Below, piece by piece: positions 49,615-60,836 of a stretch of 64,000 bases of DNA; position 1 is the first letter of the stretch; each line of letters opens with the position of its first letter. The notes below the pieces were generated by a model that did no database searches, had not been told where the DNA came from, and worked only from the letters and a program-made list of their open reading frames with translations. The stretch covers positions 310,001 to 374,000 of the forward strand of contig NIVC01001024.1 in assembly GCA_002269645.1 (NCBI GenBank), given 5' to 3'. The position numbers and the translations under genes are program-made. The DNA comes from Macrostomum lignano (lineage: Eukaryota).

Positions 49615-51675
49615 GTCAAACATAGAAGAGCCACCATGTCAAACATATACGTGACTTCATGTCAAACATTAAATAGCCACTATGTCAAACATAAAAGAGC
49701 CACCATTTCGAACATTAAAGAGCTACCATGTCAAACATAAAGGAGTCACCATGTCAAACATATACGTGACTCCATGTCAAACATTAAAGAGCCTCCATGT
49801 CGAAAATTAAAAAGCCACCATGTCAAATATAAGAGAGCCACCATGTCAAACATAAAAGAGCCACCATTCCGAACATTAAAGAGCCACCATATCAAACATC
49901 TACGTGACTCCATGTCGAACATTAAAGAGTCACCATGTCAAACATAAAAGAGCCACCATGTCAAACATATACGTGACTCCATGTCAAACATTAAAGAGCC
50001 ACCATGTCAAACATTAAAGAGACACCATGTCAAACATTAAAGAGCCACCATGTTGAACATTAAAGAACCACAATGTCAAACATTAAAGAGCCACCATGTC
50101 AAACATAAGAGAGCCACCATGTCAAACATTAAAGAGTCACAATGTCAAACATTAAAGAGCCACCATTTCGAACATTAGAGAACCACAATGTCAAACATAA
50201 GAGAGCCACCATGTCGAACATTAAAGAGTCACCATGTACAACATAAAAGAGCCACCATGTCAAACATAAAAGAGCCACCATGTCAAACATAAGAGAGCCA
50301 CCATGTCAAACATAGAAGAGCCACCATTTCGAACATTAAAGTGTCACCCTGTCAAACATCGACGTGACTCCATGTCGAACATTAAAGAGTCACCATGTCA
50401 AACATAAAACAGCCACCATGTCAAACATAAAAGAGCTACCATGTCTAACATTAAAAAACCACCTTTTCGAACATTAAAGAGCCACCATGTCGAACATTAA
50501 GGATGTACCATGTCAAACATTTAAGAGCTACCATGTCAAACATAAAAGAGCCACTTTGTCGAGCTTTAAAGAGCTACCATGTCAAACATAAAGAAGCCGA
50601 CATGTAGAACATTAAAAAGCCACCATGTCAAACATCAAAGAGCCACCATGTCAAACATATACGTGACTTCATGTCAAACATTAAAGAGCCACCATGTCAA
50701 ACATTAAAGAGCCACCATGTTGAACATTAGAGAACCACAATGTCAAACACAAGAGAGCCACCATGTCGAACATTAAAGAGTCACCATGTAAAACATAAAA
50801 GAGCCACCATGTCGAACTTTAAAGAGCCACCATGTCAAACGTAAAAGAGTCACCATGTCGAACTTTAAAGAGCCACCATGTCAAACGTAAAAGAACCACC
50901 ATGTCGAACATAAAAGAGCCGACATGTAGAACATAAAAAAGCCACCACGTCAAACATGAACGAAACACCATGTCAAACATTAAAGAGCCACCATGTCAAA
51001 CATAAAAGAGCCACCATGTCGAACATTAAAGGGCCACCATGTCGAACATAAAAGAGCCACCATGTCAAACATTAAAGGACCACCATGTCAAACATTAAAG
51101 AGGCACCATGTCAAAAATTAACAGCCACCATGTCTAACATTAAAGAGCCACCATGTCAAACATTGAAGAGCTACCATGTCAAACATTAAAGAGCCACTTT
51201 GTCGAGCTTTAAAGAGCTACCATGTCAAACATAAAGGAGCCGACATGTAGAACATTAAAAAGCCACCACGTCAAACATTAACGAGCCACCATGTCAAACA
51301 TAAAAGAGCCACCATGTCGAACATTAAAGAGCCAAAAGTGTAAAACATAAAGGAGCCACCATGTCGAACACTAAAGAGCCACCACGTCGAACATCAAAGA
51401 GCCACCATGTCGAATATTAAAGAGCCACCATGTCAAACAATAAAGAGCCATCATGAAGAACATTATAGAGTCAGAATGTCGAACATTAAGGAGCCACCAT
51501 GTGGAACATTAAAGAGCTACCATGTCAAACATTAAAGAGCCAGCATGCCAAACATTAAAGAACCACTTTGTCGAACATTAAAGAGCCACCATGTGGAACA
51601 TTAAAGAGCTACCATGTCAAACATTAAAGAGCCACCATGTCGAAACATTATTGAGCCACCATGCCAAACATAAAA
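49615..51675 (+). repeat. 23-bp satellite (AAAGAGCCACCATGTCAAACATT)n
   Basis: ATGTC recurs at 49981, 50004 and 50027. About 90 copies. Confidence 0.97.
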
Positions 51676-52706
51676 AGAAGTGTCATACCAAAAAAAAAAT
51701 GGAACCACTATAAAGCTAAGGAAATTGTTGCACTAGCTACTTGTTCTCTGGTGGATGCTTGCTATTTAAGGATGGATACTTGCTACTTGCAATTGGGGGG
51801 ATGCTTGCTACCGGGTTAACTTGCTATTGGGAGATGCTTGCTCTTGGGGGTGGAGGGAACTTGCTATCTGAGAGGGGGTTGCTAGATATCTATAAGGTCT
51901 CTTTGTATCCCAGGTTATGCTTGCTATCTGGGGTTGCATGTGGTCTGGGGGATGCTTGCTATCTGGGGGATGCTTGCAGTCTGGGGGATGCTTGCTATTT
52001 GGGGATCGATGCTTGAGTGCTGTCTTGGAATGTTTTTAGAGGGAATGTCTGTTGTTTTTTATGAAGGCTTTATTTCCCTGTCCATTTGTTATTCGTAAAA
52101 TGCTTAGGAGACTAGACAATATGGGGACTTCAAGGGGGTGGAAGGAATCGATCGCTCGAAAGCTACTTAAAGCTGTTATTTTTGGTAAGGCAAAGTTGGG
52201 GTTGGGGATTGACGGTGAGGGTGGGTGTTGGGAAGAGAGGGCTGGTGGATGAGGAGAGAGGGCGGAGGCTCAGGAGCAGGGTTTATTTTGTGCGCTCCTA
52301 AAAAGGAATTGGGAAGACTTTTGAATGCTATGGGGGTAGAGAGAGCGCGCGTGGGGGAAAGAGATTTTCACTTTAACTGAGCCCAGGCGAGGAAGAATTC
52401 AGTGTTGAGCGAAGGCCAGAATGCAAAAGATTTCGGCCTCGCGTAAGGCCAGAATGCCAAAATGAAAAGGAATACAGTCAAATACAAATACATGAAAGCG
52501 ATTTTGGCCTTTCAGTTTTTTTGGCTGCATACTATTAATTATAAGTCCTGTAACTCAAGTGAGAATACCGCTACTTTTCACCCTTAGATTATGTTGATTT
52601 TTTTGCTGTCCTAGGGAGGGGGGTGGTAGACTGATGCTATCCCCCTTAGATGAGTGGTTGTAAGTATTGCCACTACTGACAACTACTGAGTTTCGGTTTG
52701 AGATTT

Positions 52707-52927
52707 TTAACGCAATTGTCTAATGATTTCTGCAAAGTTATAGTAGCTGTCGTAATCTTTTACATAGGTTACTCCATACTTATGAAACCAGTGTCTTTGG
52801 AGAGCTAGATTAATATTAGGGACATTGATATCAACGCCGGGCCAATATTTTCTCATGTACTCGCTGCATTCAAGTTTGCATTGGTACTTGGATTTGTACA
52901 ATGGATGAGGCTGAGTATAATAGGAAC
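52707..52927 (-). CDS. Orphan terminal exon of an unknown protein (intact copy), in the right arm of the inverted duplication
   Basis: TCTCTCCAG acceptor, then SYYTQPHPLYKSKYQCKLECSEYMRKYWPGVDINVPNINLALQRHWFHKYGVTYVKDYDSYYNFAEIIRQLR*. It shows synonymous differences from the paralogue. Confidence 0.55.
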
Positions 52928-53519
52928 CTGGAGAGACAACTGGAAACATTTCTATTAAGAATTTAATTTTTTTCAAAGGGTAAGGACCCTGTGCTGATAA
53001 TTTAAAGTCTTAGGGATTTGGTTTCGCGTTGCAAATTGAATGTGTGGAGAAGAATGCAGATTCTTTTCTGATTGTTTCGAATATGCTATGGGTGGATGTC
53101 AGTGGATTATAATGGGATTATGTTCGCAGTTTTCGGAACAAGTAGGACACCTGTTATGCCCTGATTCTGTCGGGGATAATACGGATGGATTGAATGGGAT
53201 TATGGAGGACGTTTTGTGAGCGAGTGCGACTCTCTCTTTTTTTCTGATTCTGTCGGGGATAATATGGATGGATTTAATGGGATTATGGAGGAGGTGAAAA
53301 ATTTTGTCCTAAAAGTCCCCTCATGCATTCTATATAATATCTATAACAGCAAACTCGTGAAAAACGTTCACAATAAGTGCCATACTCTACTTACACCAGT
53401 AGTGGCGTTGTAATATTATTCCAGACATGCATGTAGTCAGTAGCAAGCTAGATTACTCATCACACAGTGTCTTTTTTCACACAGGATGAGGTTTTTTAGT
53501 AATTTAATTAGTGCCAAGG

Positions 53520-53840
53520 AGTTCATGTGCACTTTAAGCGACATTGTCACACAACCGGCGAGAGGCATTACTACCCCTTCCGCCGACACCCCTGAGCAGG
53601 CACACAAGCACGCGGATATACATGTACGTACATGTACGCAGTCATATGCACAGGCACACACTCACACAGGAGGGTACAGCGGCCTTAACTTTATTTATCG
53701 TTAGGCATGTACACTTCACTGTGCCTTGGGGTTGGCCGATCAATTTAGTTGATTGAACGAACAGAGCCAAGCCGAAATTTTAATTTAGCCCCCAAATTAT
53801 TTAATGTGACTGCACTTGGAATCGAGCCTGGGCCGCCGGC
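53520..53840 (-). mobile_element. SINE family B copy, head truncated
   Basis: Matches 33620-33925. Confidence 0.75.
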
Positions 53841-54789
53841 ACATTTGTACGGTTGCAGTTAAGGAATTCTGGTCAGCAATTTTTGAGTGAACTTGGCGCC
53901 AAACATTATAACGAAACTTGCACCATTCGATCAGAAATTGACGGTAGTAACATATACAAACTTTTTCGAAAAACATATGCTTTCTTGCAAAGGTCAAGCA
54001 AATTTTTTGACTGTAAAACTAATTTGTGATTATTGTGTAGAGCCAAAACGGACTGACTTAATTCTGATTCTGAAAAGGATTGTATCACAACCGTGACTCC
54101 GACTTGAATTGCGTCACAGTGCGGAAAACAGTGCAGAATAGCAGCATAGCATAGTGCACGACTGATTTAGATTGCTTAACCATATTGTTAACTTTAATAG
54201 ACTGCTACTGACTGACTGAGAGGTTGATTATGTCAAAACTGCTTCCTGTGACTTTTGCTCTAGCCGACTTAGTATGAATGTAGATTTATTACGTGCTACA
54301 ATTCATGTCTTAAAATGCAGCAACGTGGTTTCAAATTTTGAAAATTTTGAAAATGCTGAGATGCTGAGATAAGCAAAGCTCATGGATGGTGGGAGAGTTG
54401 TTGAGATGTCAATTTCTCTAGGAAATCGTTGAGATTCTGAGGTAAGAAGGATGGAGTGACGCAAAGGGGCGGTTGCAATAGGGTGATCATGGGTATAGTA
54501 CAGGCTGCATGCAACCAATATCCACGAAAAACTCTTTACCTTAAAAAATCACCGGGCGTGCACTTGCTTTCCTTACGTCACTTTAGCGTAAGAGCAGGTA
54601 GGGCTGAGGACAGCCAGCAAGGCAGGATTTGGTGAGCTCAAATCTATAAATAGCCCTTTGCCGAAGATTGAAAACCACACTCGTACAAGACATGATTAAA
54701 AATTATTTGTTTGTATTTCGGTCATATAGAATTTACTCAGCCGCTTTGAAACGCAACACAGCGGGCTTGTTGCAATTTCACGCAATCTA

Positions 54790-56292
54790 CAGGTGGTCCA
54801 GGAAGGTCTCCCAGATTACAAACAGAGTTTTCTCTGCACTGGATTGATGAATTGGGCTGAAACTTGACCTGCTTAAACTTTATTCTGAATATGATTTTTT
54901 GTCTAAAAATCTTAGCAATTGCTAAAAAAATCACGAAGTTACAGCAGTTTTTCTAAAAAAACACCGTTTTCACTTACTACTGATGAGCACATTTCATTCC
55001 AGACTTACACGACTTACACGCCAGTTGAAAGATTTAAAATGGCATCCTGGCTGGATGAATTGAAGAGTCCGCTGTTGTTCCAGCGGCGATGGCGTCGTGA
55101 GTTCAATTTGGCTGCCAAACAACGCCCTCCAGATGCTAAGACCATCAAAGATGCACTTAAGGTGGCCTGTGAGTTTTGTTTGGCTCGACGACCAATTTCT
55201 GGGCGTCCACGGACTGCTCGTTCTGCTGAGAATGTGGAACAAGTTGTTCAACACTTCAAGGAGCGACCACAACAGTCAGTACGTCGTGCGAGTCGGGAGC
55301 TGAAAGTTAGCCATCAGTCCATCCTTCGTGTGCTGGATAAGAGTGGCTTTCACCCCTATCGCATGCGCCGTCAACAGGCAATGAATGAGGCCGGCAATGA
55401 GGCGCGAGTGCTATTCGCAACTGATATGCTGGAGATGTTTGACAGTGATCCTGAAATGTTAACCAACATCATTTTCTCTGATGAGGCTCATTTCTCCCTG
55501 CATGGCCACAATAACACCTGGAACTCGCGGTATTGGGCCATTGAAAACCCAGATTTCTCTATCCAGATGCCCCTTCACAGACCACGCGTCTCATGCTGGG
55601 CTGGAATTTGGTCCCACGGCATTGTTGGACCTTTCTTCTGTGAGGATGCGCAGGGTGCAAATGTTACGGTGAATTCTGAGCGGTACGTGGAAATGCTGGA
55701 TCCAAAGTTTCTGCCTGTGGTTCAGAATTACGAGGCATTTGTTGCTGGTGACTTGTGGCTGATGCAGGATGGTGCTCCAGCCCACATCGTGCTTAATGTG
55801 CGTGAATGGATTCAGCACAACTTTGAGGAGCGCGAAATCGGACGCTATGAGACAATTCATTGGCTTGCACCCAGTCCTGATCTCAACCCTAAGGACTTCT
55901 TTGTCTGGGGATGGGTGAAGGACAACGTCTACCGACAGCCAGTGGACAGCCTGGATGAGCTAAGGCACGGAAAACGCAGCTAATGCATGATATGCCAGTG
56001 GATTTTGGTGTCAACAGCCTTAATAGCTTTAAGAAGCGCCTGCAGACTTGTATCGATAACAAAGGTCATCATGTGGAGCACTGACTAACAGTTGCATAGC
56101 AGATTGTGCTAAAACCCTACTGATTTAACAAAAAACTGCTGTAACTTCATGATTTTTTAGCAATTGCTAAGATTTTTAGACAAAAAATATTTTCAGAATA
56201 AAGTTTAAGCATGTCAAGTTTCAGCCCAATCCATCAATCCAGTGCAGAGAAAACTCTGCTTCTAGTCCGGGAGACCTTTCTGGACCTCCCTG
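54790..56292 (+). mobile_element. Tc1/mariner DD41D (rosa/Visitor-type) transposon, ~163-bp TIRs, TA TSD
   Basis: TIRs at 54790-54952 and 56131-56292, with TA flanks. Confidence 0.92.
55009..56084 (+). pseudogene. DD41D transposase with C-terminal frameshift (~55970) and probably lost start codon
   Basis: IIFSDEAHF, QDGAPAH and SPDLNPKD, with 41 residues counted between the second and third Asp. The C-terminus KRLQTCIDNKGHHVEH* is in another frame. ACG at 55009 sits where the ATG is expected. Confidence 0.88.
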
Positions 56293-56704
56293 TATTTTGC
56301 TAAGCTGAAGTGAGATTCTTATCGTGTGATGGGTTGGGTTTCCGGTCCAAAAATATCAATGCGTTCATTCTACCCTCACGTTTGACTATTTAGGTGGCTA
56401 GCTGGTAGTGCAGTTCATACGAGCCATTTATCTGCAACAGCTAGGTAGAGCTAGGGGCAGCAGTGTATACTTTGCACGGATGCATTTGCAAGAGGCCATA
56501 AACAAACTTACGAGTTTAAATATAAGCTGTTAGTCAAAGCTTCACAGTGTCGCAGACACAAAATTAGTCAACAGCTCTTGAATTTTTAATAATTCACTCT
56601 AACGTGCCAAGTAAGTTTTTACTGCCTGCCTGCTGTGTCTATTTTGTTTTCGTTTTAAATAACTAAAACAAGTTTTTCAAATGCAAACGCTAATACGAAG
56701 GTTA

Positions 56705-56776
56705 TCTCTATCTGTCTCTCTCTTTCTCTCCTCTTTTTTCTCTGTCTTTTTCTTTCTTTCTCTCTCACTGAATCTA

Positions 56777-56835
<59 letters not shown>

Positions 56836-56905
56836 ATCTCTCCGTCTGTCTCTCCCTCTCTCTCCTCTCTTTGTCCTTGTCTCTTTCCCTCTCTCTCTTC
56901 TTTTT
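56705..56905. repeat. (CT)n microsatellite
   Basis: Visible dinucleotide run. Confidence 0.95.
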
Positions 56906-56988
56906 AGTTCGCTTTCAAAGTTATTTGGCGGTCTGTGCATCGGGAGCTGCGGATAACGGTGGTAGGGGAGACGGGGAGACAAGGAATA

Positions 56989-57170
56989 TGAGGAGACATG
57001 GAGATGGAGGCTCAAAAGTAATTTGTGACAAAAAGAAATAAGTAAAGAAACAGTACAGCTCGTAATTAAACCAAAAAGGGAAATACTAAATTGCGACCAT
57101 GCCAAACCTTTTTTTGCTTTTGTCTTTTTGTCACAAATTACTTTTGAGCCTCCATCTCCATGTCTCCTCA
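56989..57170. mobile_element. 182-bp MITE with perfect 48-bp TIR and TA TSD
   Basis: 56987-57036 is the exact reverse complement of 57123-57172, counting the TA flanks. Confidence 0.85.
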
Positions 57171-58077
57171 TAACTCAAAATAAGTTTTGAGACTTTGCCG
57201 CAACAGTTCGTTCTTTATTCAATGTTAAACTGAACATTGTATACCAAAACTCTGTCACAGAAACTCTTGTTTGAGTTTGAGATTTGTCTGAGAGCTCATT
57301 CTAACTCTGGTGAGACTGGTATGAATTCAGTTCCCCGTTACACTATTTAGGGTTGCTATCAGGGGTGAGATTTTCACTGAATGCTTGAAATGGTCTCTCC
57401 TCCTCCCTCCACTTCTGTCCGCCCCTCCTATCCTCGTGCTCTCCCTCCTTCCCTTTCCTCTCTTCCTTCTCCTTTCTCATTTTAAGGAAGAGACCTGCAC
57501 CAGTGATTTCGGGGAGGTGAAAAGGCGTCAACTTTTCATTTTATAAAAGCAAAATCTGAAGCAATTGTTCGCACTTTGCTGCTTCTATCCAACCAAAATA
57601 CACTACTGTCAAGTTTTACCGCGAATAGTAGCATCTTGTCTTGAACAGATTGTTTCGATCCCGTAGCCACATTTTCCCCACTAAGGCTTGAATTACTGGC
57701 TCAATTGACGTGGAAAATGATTTATCCCCTTTTGGACCCGCGTAATATGCAGCTTAAACTGGGCACCCGATGATATCAGTAGCGAATGAACTCAAGGTCT
57801 TACTGGCCGCATCGGCCGCCGCCAAAGAATCCGCCGCCAAGTGGAGCACTGTACTGCTGTTGCTGCTGCTGCTGGTGGGGTCTTGTAGCCTATGGTTCAT
57901 TTATCTTGCCGGGCAACGCTTTTGCCCCCATTCTGGAGTGTCTCTTTATTTGTGTGGCTATTTTAAATACACCCGTTGCAAGCCCTCTCTCCCTTGCTAA
58001 GTTTGGCGAAGCAACCACGAAATTATCGTTTACACTTTCAAATTTCCAGCTAAGCCGCCACCGTTCGGCCTGTCTTA

Positions 58078-58316
58078 ATGAGCGAGGTCACCGACGTGAA
58101 AAAAATTATACGCTTAAGACCGTCAAGTAGGTCTTTTTTGAATGATGAATGTAGTTTAAATTCCCATAGAAGAGTTTTTACCTGTCGAACTTTTAGCTCA
58201 TTCTTCTGAACTTTACGAAAGGAAGGTTAACACTACCAAACTGTTGTCTTTATTATTGCTTTCAGCTCTTCTTGAAAGTAGTTCTGCCGATGATTTCAAA
58301 TTTGAAGATGAACTAT
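58078..58316 (+). CDS. Multi-caspase-domain gene, putative micro-exons 1-2 (58078-58126, 58266-58316)
   Basis: ATG, donor A|GTAGGT, acceptor TTTCAG and donor T|GTAAGT. All are phase 1 and compatible with the acceptor at 58566. Confidence 0.5.
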
Positions 58317-58565
58317 GTAAGTTTTACAATCAAGTTTTGCTAAAATTTTTCCTTGCAAACGAACTAAAATACGCGATGTACAGATTTTACACTGTTGAGA
58401 CTGGTAGTTTCAAGTAGAATCCTGTAGCTATTTCTGCTTTGCTCAGAGCGGCGACCCTTACTACTAGAGTTATAGAACTGAACTAAGCTACAATAGCAAA
58501 GAAAACATGCTGGTCTCTTGAATAGCCAACTATGAAAAACCCTATGCCAAATAATGATATTTAAG

Positions 58566-59951
58566 GTTCCCGAAGATTGGCTCTGTTCTTCGACGCTCGC
58601 AATGAGTCAGTGACAGATGAGTACGCCGACTTTCTAAAAGAGTGCAGTTTTAACGTAAAGAGGAGCCTGGAACAGCAGTATGAAAGCAAACTGGGCTCGT
58701 GTCTATCCGACTCCGTGAACAATTCCGAGGTCCAGCAGCTAATTGTAGTCGTGATAGCTGGCAATGCTTTCATGAAGGACGTCCTAGATTTCATGACAAT
58801 GGGTACATTTCCCAACTGCCAAAACAGATGTTTATTATTTTGTCGCGCTGGTGAAGAAAGCCTGGATGACACGAAACTTGCAAACGAATTTTCGAATGCG
58901 AATTTTAAATACAAGTGTACAACTATCGCTTACATCGTGGCTAAGGAAACTAAAAGCGTACAGGGCTTCTATAGAAGCTTCCTGGATGACTGCAGGTGCA
59001 GTTGGGAGACTAAAAGTATATTTTCTATCCTGGAGACGGCATTGAAGCTACCACTCGCTTACGAGTCCCTTTCTCTGTATCATAGAGAAGGAAAGCTCGG
59101 TGGAGATTTCCTGCGCGACATATTCAAATTTATCAGGGAACCCAAGAGCAACCTTGATGAAGTTGATGCCTTACCAGCAGCATCAGAGCAGACTGCTCAA
59201 GACAAACCGACTGATTGGATGCGCGAGAATGCCTCAATAATCTATCCGAATCGGCGCAATCTGAAAAAGCCTCGAGCGTTGGTCATCATCAAATATGACC
59301 GAGGAGACTCTCTATACTCTGCTCTGCAAGTTGACCGCAGCAGAGTTATGCGTATGCTAAAAAATCTTGGCTACATTGTATCGGACGTGCAAACCCGCTC
59401 CAATGACGCCTTGAAAAGAAGGATCGAGCTTTTTTCAGAAGATACTGAACACGGTGACTCCTGCATCCTTGTCGTGCTGTCCCAGACGCAGCAGCAGCTG
59501 AGCAGCTCTACTGTCATGAATTTGTACAAAAGCTTGGCTATTGGCGAAAAGCTCGAGGCCAAGCCCCGACTCTTTATTCTGCACGAGTGGGATGTCACAA
59601 CACTGCAGACAGACTCTGTTACTGATGGTTTCAGCAGCAATACTTATGAGATCATTGAAGATGCTGTGGACGGTTTGCAGGCCTATTTTCGCAATCATGA
59701 TTCAACCATCAAGGTTCATCCACACAGCGGCATGGTGTTCGGTCGATCAGTTAGTAGCGATGTGACAAGAGCAGAGGGCAGCGCTTTTATTCAGACACTG
59801 TGCGAAACTTTCAGACAGTATGGTCACACAGAGGACGTGGCCTCTATGATTACCATAATTAATGAGCACAAACGACTAGATGAATCTGTGCCCAAGTGGT
59901 TTATTCAGACTGGCAAGCTCTTTTATCTCATGGGAACAGACGGAATCCAGG
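58566..59951 (+). CDS. Multi-caspase-domain gene exon 3: degenerate caspase-fold domain plus catalytically dead caspase-like domain
   Basis: KKPRALVII...LKNLGYIV...HGDSCILVVLSQT...KPRLFILHEW...EGSAFIQTLCETF follows the caspase p20/p10 pattern with His>Gln and Cys>Trp. Donor G|GTAAGA. Confidence 0.85.
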
Positions 59952-60402
59952 GTAAGAGAACTTTTTTTAGCTCAATGCATGTATACTTTTCAATTCGAAC
60001 TTTGGCAAAAGTGATTTCAGTTTTGGCAACACGATAAATTATGACTGTCACTGTTACTGTCAAAGTGACTTAAAATTCTTTGTGATCAATATCATTGTAG
60101 TTCTGTAGCTCAGACTGCTTGTGCCACCGCCAACATTTTTTGGTGTTAGTGTGCGACACTGGTGGTGTAAATTTTGACCTAACGGTTCCTTCTAGTTGCC
60201 TTTAAACAATACAATCTTGAATGACAAATCTGTGATTGACTGCTTTGGCCGTGTTTACATTTATGTCGAGGTACTTCACTAGTCGTCTTCAGTCTCTCCT
60301 TGTTGTTGTCAAAATTGGTCACTTTTGCCAAAGTCGAAATTGAAAAGTTACAACTATGCAGAAATCATTATTGCATAATCATTTGCACTATTTTGCTTTT
60401 AG

Positions 60403-60504
60403 CTACCGGTCAGGAGGTTTCGCAACAAAGTCTACAGAAGAAATCTAAAGAGCCTAAACAAAGTCTAGAGAAGAAATCTAAAGAACCTGAAAGCGCCAGA
60501 ATTG
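60403..60504 (+). CDS. Multi-caspase-domain gene exon 4 (34-aa Lys/Glu linker with an 11-aa duplication)
   Basis: TTTTAG acceptor and G|GTAAGT donor, phase 1-1. Encodes QSLQKKSKEPK-QSLEKKSKEPE. Confidence 0.75.
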
Positions 60505-60836
60505 GTAAGTGGCATATTAAATTATCGAGAAACACCTCTTACGACGTAGAGATCCGATTCATGCGTTATAGCCATATAAAGCTATGCGCAACATCTTTGC
60601 AAGACTACTCACTTCTAATTATATCTGTTCCGTTTTGCTGCGATGCCAAACATTTTTATCCTATGAAGAATTATTTCATCTAAAAACCTTCTGATAAGTA
60701 CATGTATTTCAGAGAGATACGCTTGAGTTATAAACATTATTAGATTCATGTATTAAAGAACAACTTTGCTTGCATGAGTCAATAAAACTCGCTAATCTCA
60801 GCAAAGCTCAGCCGTACTTGCACTTTTTAATTTCAG

